Shown: positions 36,420 through 46,873 of the stretch, one piece after another
Numbering within the stretch: the first letter of the stretch is position 1
How the letters are laid out: the number at the start of each line of letters is the position of its first letter
Source: an uncultured Ruminococcus sp.
GTDB taxonomy: Bacteria > Bacillota > Clostridia > Oscillospirales > Ruminococcaceae
DNA length: 64,000 nt
NCBI GenBank assembly: GCA_902783005.1
Contig: CACZPI010000059.1
Coordinates: forward strand, 12,356 to 76,355
Direction: 5' to 3'
The notes under the pieces: model-generated
What the model was told of the DNA's origin: nothing
Databases searched by the model: none
Seen by the model: only the letters and a program-made list of their open reading frames with translations
Position numbers and translations under genes: made by a program

Positions 36420-36585
36420 GGGTAATGGCCCTCCTGTTATCAAAGATAAGGCAGAAAGCTCTGCCAGATTTGCTGCCCGCATCCATTCCGTTCAGACTGT
36501 CCGGCTTGTCCGCACCGTGAACTGCTGCTCTGACGGATTTCAGGCTGGCGTATTCTCTCTGTCTTGTTGTCCCTGATGCAGTTTC

Positions 36586-38007
36586 TTATTCTTCGCCGCT
36601 CCAGCAATAGGTGCAAAGCTCACACTGCGGTCTGCCGATCGCACGGACAGTGCCTTCAAGCGACTGGAATTCCAGGCTCGTCAGCTTCAGCCGGCGACAG
36701 ATCTCATCACGCAGCCGTCTGCCGCGCTCTGTTTCGGAGTTGCTGTATTCTGCAAGATACTTCATTCCCTCGGCACCTTCAAATGCATCAATTACCTGAC
36801 GGGCAATCAGCTCCATTTCAGATGTGCTTCGCGAGAAGTTCAGATATTTGCAGCCGTACATGATCGGCGGACATGCAGAACGCATGTGTACTTCCTTCGC
36901 GCCGTTCTCGTAGAGGAATTCGACGGTCTCACGCATCTGCGTTCCGCGGACGATACTGTCATCCACGAACAGCAGGCGCTTGCCTTCGATCAGCTCATGT
37001 ACCGGGATCAGCTTCATCTTGGCAACCTGGTTGCGCAGAGTCTGGCTGGTCGGCATGAAGCTGCGCGGCCAGGTAGGCGTATACTTGATGAACGGTCTTG
37101 CAAACGGGATACCGCTCTTGTTGGCATAGCCAATGGCATGGGGCGTACCGGAATCCGGAACACCGCAGACATAATCCACATCGGGCAGCCTGCCGGCCTT
37201 CATATCGTTTTCGGCCATGATCTCACCATTTCGTGTACGCATGGTCTCAACAGTGACACCCTCATAAACAGCGTTCGGATAGCCGTAATAGGTCCACATG
37301 AAGGAGCAGATCTTCAGATCATCCTTGCCCGGTGCAAGCGTTTCACAGCTCCGGGAGGTCAGGCGGACAATCTCACCTGCCTTCAGTTCCTTGAAGGTAT
37401 AATAACCGAGCTTCTGGAATGCAAAGGATTCGAGCGAGCAGCAATAACCGTCATCGCGCTTGCCGATGATAATGGGCAGTCTGCCGTCCTTGTCCCGGGC
37501 GCAGATGATTCCATCCTCTGTCAGCACGATCAGGTTCATGGTGCCTTCGATCTTTTCCTGTGCATAGCGAATACCCTCTGTAAAGGTATTTTTCTGCGAA
37601 ATCAGAGCACCGATCAGATCGCCGGAATTGATATTGCCGCTGCTCATGGATTCAAAGCTGGCACAGCCGTTTTCAAGCAGCTCATCGACAATCTGCTGCG
37701 CATTGCGGATGATTCCGACACTGCACACCGCATACAAACCAAGGCGTGAACGCATCAGGATGGGCTGCGGATCGGTGTCACTGATGCAGCCGATGCAGAG
37801 ATTTCCCTGCATATGGGTCACATCATTTTCAAACTTGGTTCTGAAAGGCGAATTCTCAATACTGTGAATCGCCCGCTGGAATCCATGGGTCTTGCACCAT
37901 GCGGTCATGCCGCCGCGGCGGGTGCCAAGATGGGAATGATAATCAGTCCCGAAGAATACGTCTGTGACGCAGTCATTTTCAGATGCTGCTCCGAAAAAGC
38001 CACCCAT
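36586..38007 (-). CDS. purF: Amidophosphoribosyltransferase-like protein lacking the N-terminal nucleophile Cys (starts MGGFFG)
   Basis: PRTase domain (LLFVDDSIVRGTQ) and C-terminal Cys-rich region. The N-terminus aligns to the CGVFG region of canonical PurF but has Gly where Cys1 should be. The start is fixed by GGGAGA and the adjacent purC stop. Confidence 0.85.
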   Translation of the reverse strand: MGGFFGAASENDCVTDVFFGTDYHSHLGTRRGGMTAWCKTHGFQRAIHSIENSPFRTKFENDVTHMQGNLCIGCISDTDPQPILMRSRLGLYAVCSVGIIRNAQQIVDELLENGCASFESMSSGNINSGDLIGALISQKNTFTEGIRYAQEKIEGTMNLIVLTEDGIICARDKDGRLPIIIGKRDDGYCCSLESFAFQKLGYYTFKELKAGEIVRLTSRSCETLAPGKDDLKICSFMWTYYGYPNAVYEGVTVETMRTRNGEIMAENDMKAGRLPDVDYVCGVPDSGTPHAIGYANKSGIPFARPFIKYTPTWPRSFMPTSQTLRNQVAKMKLIPVHELIEGKRLLFVDDSIVRGTQMRETVEFLYENGAKEVHMRSACPPIMYGCKYLNFSRSTSEMELIARQVIDAFEGAEGMKYLAEYSNSETERGRRLRDEICRRLKLTSLEFQSLEGTVRAIGRPQCELCTYCWSGEE

Positions 38008-38011
38008 GTGC

Positions 38012-38731
38012 TTATTCTCCCATCAGGCGCTTCATGATCTCCTGGTATGCCTCCTCGACATGGCCAAGGTCTCTGCGGAAGCGATCCTTGTCGAGCTTCT
38101 CGTGAGTGGTGCTGTCCCAGAAACGGCAGGTATCCGGGGAAATCTCATCAGCCAGGATGATGGTGCCGTCAGAAGTGCGGCCAAACTCGATCTTGAAGTC
38201 GATCAGGTCGATGTTGAGCTTCTTGAAGAAGCCAACCATGAACTCGTTAACCTTGAAAGCATACTTCGCAATGGTGTCAAGCTCTTCTCTGGTAGCCAGA
38301 CCCAGTGCCAGTGCATAGTAGTCGTTGATAAACGGATCGCCCAGCTCGTCGTTCTTGTAGCTGAATTCCAGAATCGGAGTCAGGAGCGCCTTGCCCTCCT
38401 CAACGCCCATTCTCTTGGAAAAGCTGCCGGCAGCCACGTTACGGATGATAACCTCGAGCGGTACAATGGATACCTTCTTGACGATGGTCTCACGGTCAGA
38501 AATCTCCTCAACGAGATGGGTCGGAACGCCCTCCTTCTCGAGCAGCTTGAACATGTAGTTCGTCATGCGGTTATTGATAACGCCCTTGCCGGTGATGGTG
38601 CCCTTCTTTTCGCCATTGAATGCAGTTGCATCATCCTTGTAATCGACGATCACCAGATCCGGATCGTTGGTTGCGAATACCTTCTTAGCCTTACCCTCGT
38701 AAAGCTGCTCACCCTTAACTACATTTGCCAT
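38012..38731 (-). CDS. purC: Phosphoribosylaminoimidazole-succinocarboxamide synthase
   Basis: [17 protein letters not shown] and DTCRFWD blocks. ATG 38731 follows GGAGG. Confidence 0.94.
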   Translation of the reverse strand: MANVVKGEQLYEGKAKKVFATNDPDLVIVDYKDDATAFNGEKKGTITGKGVINNRMTNYMFKLLEKEGVPTHLVEEISDRETIVKKVSIVPLEVIIRNVAAGSFSKRMGVEEGKALLTPILEFSYKNDELGDPFINDYYALALGLATREELDTIAKYAFKVNEFMVGFFKKLNIDLIDFKIEFGRTSDGTIILADEISPDTCRFWDSTTHEKLDKDRFRRDLGHVEEAYQEIMKRLMGE

Positions 38732-38762
38732 GTTGATCAACCTCCAAAAATTTATATGACCC

Positions 38763-39263
38763 TTAAAGGGCTTTTACCTTTTCCTGCAGTGCGGCATCCT
38801 TCTTCATGACACCTGCCGCCATGTCATCCTTCATCTGCTGCAATGCCTCTGCAAGCTCCGGATCGGAAAGCGCCAGCATCTGTACAGCAAGAATCGCTGC
38901 ATTGGCTGCCGCATCAATGCCAACAGTTGCAACCGGGATTCCCGGAGGCATCTGCACAGTGGCAAGGAGTGCATCCATGCCGTCAAGCGCCGTGGACTTG
39001 ATCGGAATGCCGATCACCGGAAGAATCGTGTGTGCAGCAAGAACGCCGCCGAGGTGTGCCGCCTTGCCTGCTGCTGCGATAATGACACCAAAGCCGTTTG
39101 CCGCAGCATTCTTTGAAAAATCAGCAGCCGCATCCGGAGTCCGGTGCGCACTCATGACATGTACCTCATAGGGAACGCCGAAGGACTTCAGCTTTTCAAC
39201 CGCAGCCTTGACAACCGGGAAGTCACTGTCACTGCCCATAATGACTGCCACTTTTTTTGACAT
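38763..39263 (-). CDS. purE: N5-carboxyaminoimidazole ribonucleotide mutase (class I-like PurE)
   Basis: [17 protein letters not shown] and [16 protein letters not shown] (AAHL class I signature). Confidence 0.92.
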   Translation of the reverse strand: MSKKVAVIMGSDSDFPVVKAAVEKLKSFGVPYEVHVMSAHRTPDAAADFSKNAAANGFGVIIAAAGKAAHLGGVLAAHTILPVIGIPIKSTALDGMDALLATVQMPPGIPVATVGIDAAANAAILAVQMLALSDPELAEALQQMKDDMAAGVMKKDAALQEKVKAL

Positions 39264-39334
39264 ATTGACGCCTCATTTCTCCGTGCTTTAGGGATTTTCC
39301 GGGTGAGCTGCACGGTCTGTTCGACCCGGACGAT

Positions 39335-40354
39335 TTATTCCGTACCCTCATCCTCTGGTTCCGTTACTGCAGAAGCGGCGCCCTGGAAATTCAGATTGGA
39401 GGATGTCAGAATCATTTTATTGTCCGTATTTCTACGGAACCGAAGCTGTACCTGCACCGCAGTGCCAGGCATTTGTTCTGACTCCGCTTCGGTCAGATGA
39501 TAGGAAGCTGTAAAAGAAAAATCATATGCGGAATTCCCGTCTGCCGAAGCAAAGGAAAAACCGCTGATCTCATCGAAAGCCATACCCGCAAAGCTTCCCG
39601 GCTTTGTCAGTCCGGCAATATAATCACTTGCCGAAATGGCCGGCAGTTCATCAAAGCTGCTCTCCTGAAGCATCAGCATATAGGAGGTAACAATCTTGTT
39701 GATCCGCAGCAGATCATTCTCATTCAGATCATTCAGATAGACCTGGTTGGCAACACGCCACTGCAATGCAACACCGCAGATGTCCGATGTCATAGATGCA
39801 CGCCGCAGTACAGGCGAATCCCCGCCAAGATAGTAATCAAACACACAGTCTGATACTGTCAGAGAAAGCATTCCGGAATCATCTGCCTCTGCCTTTTCAT
39901 AGCTGCGCGGAAACGCCAGACGAAACGCCCGATCGTACACCAGAATGCTGTCATCCTCTGCAACAGTACCCAGAAAATAGCCGTTTCCAACCGGTTCCAT
40001 AGAGCTGAACACAAACGGAAGAACGACATTTTCTTCATAATCGATCCCACCGATCAGAACAGCGTCCTCGATCCTGCGGGAAACAACGACAAGAGAATCC
40101 GTAACGTCAAGAACCTCCATCCATTCCGGTTCGATCATAACAGCATCGTCTTCATTCAGGATGCCGTAATACCCGTTGGTGCTTTCAAAGACACGCATGG
40201 AACCATATGTCCGGACGATGGATTTCACCTGATCGTTTGCATCTGTATGCCCGGTGTTCTTGGCGCCGTCAAGATACATCCGCGTCAGCGCTATGCAAAG
40301 AATGATCGCAGCGATAAACAGAACGGAAATCAGCAGCTTGCTTCTGCTGCTCAC
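39335..40354 (-). CDS. Hypothetical membrane-anchored extracytoplasmic protein (339 aa)
   Basis: Single N-terminal TM (LLISVLFIAAIILCIAL). GTG start in GTGA overlap with the GT2 gene. No recognisable catalytic motif. Confidence 0.7.
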   Translation of the reverse strand: MSSRSKLLISVLFIAAIILCIALTRMYLDGAKNTGHTDANDQVKSIVRTYGSMRVFESTNGYYGILNEDDAVMIEPEWMEVLDVTDSLVVVSRRIEDAVLIGGIDYEENVVLPFVFSSMEPVGNGYFLGTVAEDDSILVYDRAFRLAFPRSYEKAEADDSGMLSLTVSDCVFDYYLGGDSPVLRRASMTSDICGVALQWRVANQVYLNDLNENDLLRINKIVTSYMLMLQESSFDELPAISASDYIAGLTKPGSFAGMAFDEISGFSFASADGNSAYDFSFTASYHLTEAESEQMPGTAVQVQLRFRRNTDNKMILTSSNLNFQGAASAVTEPEDEGTE

Positions 40355-41328
40355 TTTTCGCTTCCCTCACCCATCCGCTCGCGGTAGATCTCTTCGTTTT
40401 CACGCATCAGATAGATCGGGCGGCGCTTGACTTCAAGGTAAGTCTTGGAAAGATACTGTCCGAGCAGACCGGTGCAGAACAGCTGCAGGCCGCTCAGGAA
40501 ACAGAAAATGCAAAGTGCAGCCAGGAACCGGAGATCCGCATCCTGAACAACGACTGCCTTGACAATGAATACGACCAGCAGCACGAATGCGATCATTATT
40601 GTGATAAAGCCCAGAACCGCCGCAATATCCAGCGGCGCTGTCGAAAATGCAAAAATACCTTCCAGCGAATACCGGAACAGTCCCCAGAAGGACCAGGAAG
40701 ATGTTCCCGCAGGTCGCTCGACATTCTCATACTCAATGTAACGTGTCTTAAAGCCGACCCAGCTGAAAATGCCCTTGGAAAAGCGATTGTATTCGTGCAT
40801 ATCCAGGATCGCATTGACCATCTGACGGCTCATGAAGCGGAAATCCTGAGCTCCGTCAACGATTTCCGTCTGAGAGATCTTGTTCATGATCTTGTAGAAC
40901 AGTCGTGCAAATGCCGAACGGATCTTGCTCTCGCCTTCACGGCTGACGCGCCGTGTTGTAGCGCAGTCATATTCGCCGTCCTTGACGTAATTATACATCT
41001 TCGGAAGAAATGCCGGAGGATGCTGCAGATCCGCGTCCATGACAACGACATAGTCACCGCGGGAATTTTCGAGACCTGCGTACATGCCTGCTTCCTTGCC
41101 GAAGTTTCTGGAAAACGAAATATAACGCACCCGCTGATCCTTCAGCGCCATCTCGCGAAGCAGCACCAGAGTCTTGTCACGGGAACCGTCATCAATGAAC
41201 AGAAGCTCAAATGTCAGATCATCGTGCTCGGCACGCATCTGCTCCATCACCTTCTGGATCTCCTCATAAAACAGAGGCAGAACCTCTTCCTCGTTGTAGC
41301 ATGGAACAATAATCGAAATCAATTTCAT
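40351..41328 (-). CDS. Family 2 glycosyltransferase (GtrB/polyprenyl-phosphate glycosyltransferase-like) with C-terminal TM helices
   Basis: IIVPCYNEEE, FIDDGSRDKT and MDADLQHPP motifs. AGGAGG RBS before ATG 41328. Confidence 0.88.
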   Translation of the reverse strand: MKLISIIVPCYNEEEVLPLFYEEIQKVMEQMRAEHDDLTFELLFIDDGSRDKTLVLLREMALKDQRVRYISFSRNFGKEAGMYAGLENSRGDYVVVMDADLQHPPAFLPKMYNYVKDGEYDCATTRRVSREGESKIRSAFARLFYKIMNKISQTEIVDGAQDFRFMSRQMVNAILDMHEYNRFSKGIFSWVGFKTRYIEYENVERPAGTSSWSFWGLFRYSLEGIFAFSTAPLDIAAVLGFITIMIAFVLLVVFIVKAVVVQDADLRFLAALCIFCFLSGLQLFCTGLLGQYLSKTYLEVKRRPIYLMRENEEIYRERMGEGSEK

Positions 41329-41364
41329 ACGATACCTCCTGACGTCCATACCAATACATTTTTA

Positions 41365-41393
41365 ATCATACTACAAAATCAGTAAAAATGCAA
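41365..41393 (-). promoter_or_regulatory. Candidate promoter for the GT2 gene and downstream genes (TTGCAT-17-TATGAT)
   Basis: Read on the minus strand in the AT-rich 41350-41530 gap. Confidence 0.45.
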
Positions 41394-41525
41394 GAGGTTT
41401 TTGCGAATCTTTTTTCCTGATTCTACGCGCCGTTTTCCATCAGATCAAAATATACCGAAATATGGGACATATTCAAAAATGTTGATTTTCGTCATTTTGT
41501 ACAAATTTCTGAAAGGCATTTTTCC

Positions 41526-41560
41526 GATCAAAAGAACCCCTCTGCCAGGCAGAGGGGTTC
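41526..41560 (-). terminator. Intrinsic terminator of mrp
   Basis: GAACCCCTCTG-cctgg-CAGAGGGGTTC followed by CTTTTGAT on minus. Confidence 0.8.
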
Positions 41561-41564
41561 GGGT

Positions 41565-42389
41565 TCAGTCACCGATAATGGCAGCAACAGCAGCATCCAT
41601 TTCCGTGGATTCATGCAGCTCAATCACGCCCTGATCGACGCACTTTGCCAGTGCCGGATCAAACGGAATCTGTGCCAGCAGCGGAATGCCGTATTCCTTG
41701 GCAATTTCGGCTGTATGGCTCTCTCCGTAGACCATGATCTTCTTGCCGCAGTCAGGACATACGGCATATGCCATATTCTCAACGATGCCAAGCACCGGAA
41801 TATGCATCATATTCGCCATCTTGACAGCCTTCTGAACGATCATGCTGACAAGCTCCTGCGGGGAGGTCACGATCACAATGCCGTCCACCGGAATACTCTG
41901 GAATACTGTCAGCGGCACGTCACCGGTTCCTGGCGGCATATCCACAAACATGTAGTCCACGTCGTCCCAGATCACATCCGTCCAGAACTGCTTGACAACG
42001 CCCGCGATCACGGGGCCTCTCCAGACAACCGGATCCGTGTCATTCTCCAGCATCAGATTCACAGACATGATGTCCGTTCCGAACTTGGACTTGGCGGGGA
42101 TCATGCCCAGCTCATTGCCGAGGACTCTGCCCTTGATGCCGAAAGCCTTCGGGATGGAGGGACCGGTCAGGTCTGCATCGAGAATGGCTGCATGGTAGCC
42201 TTCGCGCTGCACGCCGACAGCCAGCATACTCGATACCAGCGATTTGCCGACGCCGCCCTTGCCGCTGACAACAGCAATGACCTTCTTGATCTTGCTCAGT
42301 TCATTGGGCTTTTCCAGCAGGCTCTGCGGTGCCGTTCTCTCAGAACAGCTGCTTCCGCATGTGCTGCAGTCATGTGTACATTCGTTCAT
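41565..42389 (-). CDS. Mrp/NBP35/ApbC-family Fe-S cluster carrier ATPase
   Basis: Deviant Walker A SGKGGVGKS, a Cys-rich N-terminus (CTHDCSTCGSSC) and the CPDCG motif. AAGGAG 8 nt before ATG 42389. Confidence 0.9.
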   Translation of the reverse strand: MNECTHDCSTCGSSCSERTAPQSLLEKPNELSKIKKVIAVVSGKGGVGKSLVSSMLAVGVQREGYHAAILDADLTGPSIPKAFGIKGRVLGNELGMIPAKSKFGTDIMSVNLMLENDTDPVVWRGPVIAGVVKQFWTDVIWDDVDYMFVDMPPGTGDVPLTVFQSIPVDGIVIVTSPQELVSMIVQKAVKMANMMHIPVLGIVENMAYAVCPDCGKKIMVYGESHTAEIAKEYGIPLLAQIPFDPALAKCVDQGVIELHESTEMDAAVAAIIGD

Positions 42390-42453
42390 GATATTACTCC
42401 TTTTTCTTTCCTCATAAGAGGGATATTTCACCCGGAAGATACCGGGGATTTCG

Positions 42454-43995
42454 CTAAATCAACGGCGCGATCAGCCGAAGCACCCAGCTGACGATCCGCT
42501 TCCCGATCGGACGGGAGGCGATATCGTGCTGTGTGATCTCCGTACAGCGTTTCAGCGTTGTTTCAAAATCACGCCGGATCTGCTTCACCGTGCTGCATCC
42601 GTACAGAACGGCAGCACATTCAAAATGCAGATAGAGGCTTCTGTAATCCAGATTGATCGTCCCGACAACGCCGATATTGTCATCTGCACAGAAATTCTTA
42701 GCATGCACAAAGCCCGGTTCATACTCAAAAATGCGGACACCTTCCTCAAGCAGCTCCGGATAATAGCTCCAAGCAGTAGCGTAAGCATACCACTTATCCG
42801 GAATATGCGGCGTCATAATGCGTACATCTACGCCTTTCTTCGCCGCAAGTCCGAGTGCTGTTATGATCTCATGATCCGGCACCAGATAGGGCGTCATGAT
42901 ATAAACATACTCCCGCGCATGATTGATAATGTCCAGGTAAACACATTTGCCGACATATTCCTGATCGGTAGGAGAATCACCGTAGGGCTGAATGAAGCCG
43001 TCATGCCGGATCGGATGCGGACAGGCTGCCGCAAAACGCTGCATATCCTCCGGTGCTTCGCTGCCAAGTCCCCACATCTGGAGAAACATGACCGCAAAGC
43101 TCCAGGCGGCCTCTCCCCGGCACAGCATTCCGCCGTCCTTCCAATGGCCGAAGCGGAGCTTCTGGTTGATATATTCATCCGCAATATTGATGCCGCCGGT
43201 AAATGCAGTCTGGCCGTCTATGACCAGAATCTTTCGGTGATCGCGGTTATTCTGCGAGGAGGACAGGAACGGCTTGAAGCTGTTGAATACCCGGCATTCA
43301 ATTCCGAATTGGGCAAGGCCTGCAAAATATGCCCGCGGCATGAGGAACTGTGTCCCGAATCCGTCATACAGCAGCCGGATCTCAATCCCCTGCGCATGCT
43401 TTTCTTTGAGCAGCTCCAGCAGCTCATCCCACATTTTTCCGGGAGAGATAATGAAGAATTCCAGGAAAATATAGCGCTTTGCTGCTTTGATCTCACGCTT
43501 CATGGCTTCAAACATGATCTCGCCGACTTCAAAATACTGCGTTTCTCCGCTGCGATAAACCGGATACCCGCCAAAATCATTCAGATAACGTGCGAGCGCC
43601 GCATGTGCTCCGGAATGCTGCCGGAGCGCATCCATCACGGCAGGATCCTGCGGCATGCTGCTGCGCGTTTCCTGAATCCTGCGGGCATATTCTCTCTTGA
43701 TACGCCTGTGTCCTGCATCGGTCTTGACCAGAAGATAGGCAAGTCCTGCAAAGATCGGCGCCACCAGCATTGCAACAAGCCACGGGAGCTTATAGGACGG
43801 ATTTTCAGAAGTATTGGAGATATAGACAACCAGCACCATGTCCAGTGCAATCAGAAGCAGATAGATCGGCAGATAATGCTGACTCAGGAACATCACGATC
43901 AGCGCGAGAATCACGATCTGGAACAGGAGCATCAGGACAAACAGCGTATTCCGGTTGAACAGGATCCTGATGAGCCTGCGGAATAACTTGCGCAA
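42454..43995 (-). CDS. cls: Cardiolipin synthase (PLD superfamily)
   Basis: Two HKD motifs (HRKILVIDG.., FVHAKNFCADD..) and two N-terminal TM helices. TTG start 4 nt after AGGAGGTGA. Confidence 0.9.
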   Translation of the reverse strand: MRKLFRRLIRILFNRNTLFVLMLLFQIVILALIVMFLSQHYLPIYLLLIALDMVLVVYISNTSENPSYKLPWLVAMLVAPIFAGLAYLLVKTDAGHRRIKREYARRIQETRSSMPQDPAVMDALRQHSGAHAALARYLNDFGGYPVYRSGETQYFEVGEIMFEAMKREIKAAKRYIFLEFFIISPGKMWDELLELLKEKHAQGIEIRLLYDGFGTQFLMPRAYFAGLAQFGIECRVFNSFKPFLSSSQNNRDHRKILVIDGQTAFTGGINIADEYINQKLRFGHWKDGGMLCRGEAAWSFAVMFLQMWGLGSEAPEDMQRFAAACPHPIRHDGFIQPYGDSPTDQEYVGKCVYLDIINHAREYVYIMTPYLVPDHEIITALGLAAKKGVDVRIMTPHIPDKWYAYATAWSYYPELLEEGVRIFEYEPGFVHAKNFCADDNIGVVGTINLDYRSLYLHFECAAVLYGCSTVKQIRRDFETTLKRCTEITQHDIASRPIGKRIVSWVLRLIAPLI

Positions 43996-44023
43996 CCGAT
44001 CACCTCCTAAATAGAAGAATGGG

Positions 44024-46867
44024 TTATTCCTCCGGTGCAGATTGTTTCAGATAGGGGGCAAGATACTGTCCTGTATAGGAATTCTTTACAGCAGCTACCT
44101 CCTCAGGTGTACCCTGTGCAACGATCTGACCGCCGCCGTCACCGCCCTCAGGCCCCAGATCAATGATGTGATCGGCAACCTTGATCACATGCATGTTATG
44201 CTCAATAACAATGACAGTATTTCCACTGTCCACCAGACGCTGCAGCACCTCGATCAGACGATGCACATCCGCCGTATGCAGACCGGTCGTCGGCTCATCG
44301 AGAATGTAAACCGTCTTGCCGGTTGCACGCTTCGACAGCTCGGTTGAAAGCTTGACGCGCTGTGCTTCGCCGCCGGAAAGTGTTGTTGCGGGCTGGCCGA
44401 TTTTCAGGTAGCCAAGTCCGACCTCCTGCAGCGTTTTCAGCTTGCGGGCGATCTTCGGGAGATGCTCAAAGAAGAGCACGCCCTCATCAACAGTCATTTC
44501 CAGTACATCATAAATGGATTTTCCCTTGTAGTGTACCTCAAGGGTCTCGCGGTTATACCGTTTCCCCTTGCAGACCTCACAGGAAACGTAAATATCCGGC
44601 AGGAAGTGCATCTCAATTTTCAGAATGCCGTCGCCCTCACAAGCCTCACAGCGGCCGCCCTTCACATTAAAAGAGAAGCGCGCAGGCCCGTAGCCATGGC
44701 TCTTGGCATCATTCGTCTGTGCAAAGAGATTCCGGATGTCCGTAAATACGCCTGTATAGGTCGCCGGATTCGACCGCGGGGTGCGTCCGATGGGCGACTG
44801 GTCAATGCAAATCACCTTATCCAGGAATTCTACGCCACGGATCTCCTTGCATCTGCCGCCCTTGATCTTGGCACGGTTCAACTGTGCCGCAAGGTGCTTG
44901 TGCAGAATCTCATTGACAAGGGAGGATTTGCCTGATCCGGAAACACCTGTCACACAGACCAGCTCTCCGAGCGGGAATTTCACATTCAGCTTGTGCAGAT
45001 TGTGCTCTTCGGCACCGATGACCTCCAAGAATTTTCCGTTGCCGCTTCGGCGCGTTTTCGGAAGCGGAATCTGCTTTCTGCCGGAAAGATACTGACCGGT
45101 AACCGATTCCTTGCATTTCAGCAAGCCCTTCGGCGTACCGGAATACACGACATTACCGCCATGGACACCTGCACCGGGGCCAATGTCCACAATATAATCG
45201 GCAGCCAGCATTGTATCATCGTCATGCTCAACCACGATCAGGGTATTGCCCAGATCACGCAGGCGTTTCATCGTTGCGATCAGCATGTCATTGTCCCGCT
45301 GATGCAGGCCGATGCTCGGCTCATCCAGGATATACAGAACGCCGACCAGAGAGGAACCGATCTGCGTCGCAAGGCGGATGCGCTGGCTCTCGCCGCCGGA
45401 GAGGGTTCCGGCTGCACGCGAAAGCGTCAGGTATGCCAGTCCCACGCTGGAGAGAAAGCCGAGGCGGTCACATATTTCCTTGATAATGCGCTCGCCAATG
45501 AAATTCTCGTGCTCTGTGAGCTTCAGATTCCGGAAGAATTCAAGTGCCTTGGAAACGGAAAGCTGCGTCAGCTCATAGATATTCAGACCGCCGACCGTAA
45601 CGGAAAGCACCTCAGGTTTCAGGCGGGCACCGTTGCATTTCTCGCAGACGACTTCGCCCATATAATCCTCAAGATCGGCACGGGCATAGACGGAGTTTGT
45701 CTCCTGATAGCGCCGTTCCAGATTCGGGATGACGCCTTCAAATGCGGAGAAGTAGGCGCCGCCGCCAAGATCACGGCTGCGGTGCAGCAGGAGCTTTTCT
45801 CCCTTCGTACCGTACAGGAAGGTATCCACGACCTCCTTCGGGAGCTGCTCCACCGGGGTATCGAGGGAGATGCCGTACTTTTCTGCGATGGCATTATAAT
45901 ACATCATGGCAATAGAGCCATCCTCCAGGTGATTCCAACCGGAAGCATGGATGGCACCGCCAAGAATACTCAAAGACGGATTTGGCAGCACCAGATCCGG
46001 ATCAATACGCTGGAACATACCAAGACCGGTACATTTCTCACAGGCGCCCAGAGGATTATTGAAGGAGAACAGACGCGGCGTCAGCTCCTCCATACTGATA
46101 TTATGCTCCGGGCAGGCGTAATTCTGAGAAAAACTCATCATTTCGCCGCCGATCACATCCACATGGATAATGCCGCCGGTCAGGGCAGCCGTAGTCTCCA
46201 GGGAATCAGTCAGCCGGGATGTGATACCGTCCTTGATGATGAGACGGTCAACAACAATTTCAATGGTGTGCTTGATATTCTTGTCGAGCTTGATCTCTTC
46301 GGAAAGATCATACTGGATCCCGTCAATGCGGACACGCGAAAAGCCGCTTTTTCTGGCTCGCTCCAGTTCCTTGACATATTGCCCCTTCTTACCGCGGACA
46401 ATGGGGGCAAGCAGCTGGAATTTCGTCCCTTCCGGCAAGGCCAGGATCTGATCGACGACCTCATCAATGGACTGCTGCGTGATCTCCCTGCCGCAGACCG
46501 GGCAATGCGGAATGCCGATGCGGGCATACAGCAGACGCAGATAATCATAGATCTCCGTAACAGTTCCCACGGTCGAGCGCGGGTTCTTGGAGGTGGTTTT
46601 CTGGTCAATGGAAATGGCAGGAGACAAGCCTTCAATGCTGTCCACATCCGGTTTCTCCATCTGACCGAGGAACATTCTCGCATACGAGGACAGACTCTCG
46701 ACATATCGCCGCTGTCCGTCCGCGTAGATCGTATCAAATGCGAGTGACGACTTGCCGGATCCGGAAAGGCCGGTCATGACCACCAGCTGATCCCGGGGGA
46801 TGGTCACGTCAATATTTTTCAGGTTATTCGCTCTCGCGCCCCTGATGACGATTTCATTTTTCTGCAT
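44024..46867 (-). CDS. uvrA: Excinuclease ABC subunit A
   Basis: Two ABC modules ([18 protein letters not shown]), LSGGE signatures and zinc-finger Cys pairs; 947 aa. Confidence 0.96.
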   Translation of the reverse strand: MQKNEIVIRGARANNLKNIDVTIPRDQLVVMTGLSGSGKSSLAFDTIYADGQRRYVESLSSYARMFLGQMEKPDVDSIEGLSPAISIDQKTTSKNPRSTVGTVTEIYDYLRLLYARIGIPHCPVCGREITQQSIDEVVDQILALPEGTKFQLLAPIVRGKKGQYVKELERARKSGFSRVRIDGIQYDLSEEIKLDKNIKHTIEIVVDRLIIKDGITSRLTDSLETTAALTGGIIHVDVIGGEMMSFSQNYACPEHNISMEELTPRLFSFNNPLGACEKCTGLGMFQRIDPDLVLPNPSLSILGGAIHASGWNHLEDGSIAMMYYNAIAEKYGISLDTPVEQLPKEVVDTFLYGTKGEKLLLHRSRDLGGGAYFSAFEGVIPNLERRYQETNSVYARADLEDYMGEVVCEKCNGARLKPEVLSVTVGGLNIYELTQLSVSKALEFFRNLKLTEHENFIGERIIKEICDRLGFLSSVGLAYLTLSRAAGTLSGGESQRIRLATQIGSSLVGVLYILDEPSIGLHQRDNDMLIATMKRLRDLGNTLIVVEHDDDTMLAADYIVDIGPGAGVHGGNVVYSGTPKGLLKCKESVTGQYLSGRKQIPLPKTRRSGNGKFLEVIGAEEHNLHKLNVKFPLGELVCVTGVSGSGKSSLVNEILHKHLAAQLNRAKIKGGRCKEIRGVEFLDKVICIDQSPIGRTPRSNPATYTGVFTDIRNLFAQTNDAKSHGYGPARFSFNVKGGRCEACEGDGILKIEMHFLPDIYVSCEVCKGKRYNRETLEVHYKGKSIYDVLEMTVDEGVLFFEHLPKIARKLKTLQEVGLGYLKIGQPATTLSGGEAQRVKLSTELSKRATGKTVYILDEPTTGLHTADVHRLIEVLQRLVDSGNTVIVIEHNMHVIKVADHIIDLGPEGGDGGGQIVAQGTPEEVAAVKNSYTGQYLAPYLKQSAPEE

Positions 46868-46873
46868 AATCCT

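Noticed and set aside
39264-39334. Purine/ZTP riboswitch or PurR PurBox upstream of purE.
   Set aside because: The gap is only 71 nt, GC-rich, and lacks guanine-riboswitch or pfl-motif conserved strings. A CGAAC core (GGGTCGAACAGA) lacks the A/T-rich flanks of the Firmicutes PurBox. Two possible hairpins are noted, but no family assignment is possible by eye.
44993-46747. Very long plus-strand ORFs antisense to housekeeping genes. Examples: 584 aa opposite uvrA, 487 aa at 47980-49443 opposite uvrB, 486 aa at 42526-43986 opposite cls, 474 aa at 51481-52905 opposite ligA, 437 aa at 59248-60561 opposite hisD, 452 aa at 61134-62492 opposite hisZ, 381 aa at 21010-22155 opposite the sulfite reductase gene.
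   Set aside because: Each lies exactly opposite a gene with unmistakable conserved motifs. Their translations are low-complexity (R/L/H/C-rich) with no RBS or recognisable domains. This is typical of stop-codon depletion on the antisense strand of strongly codon-biased genes.
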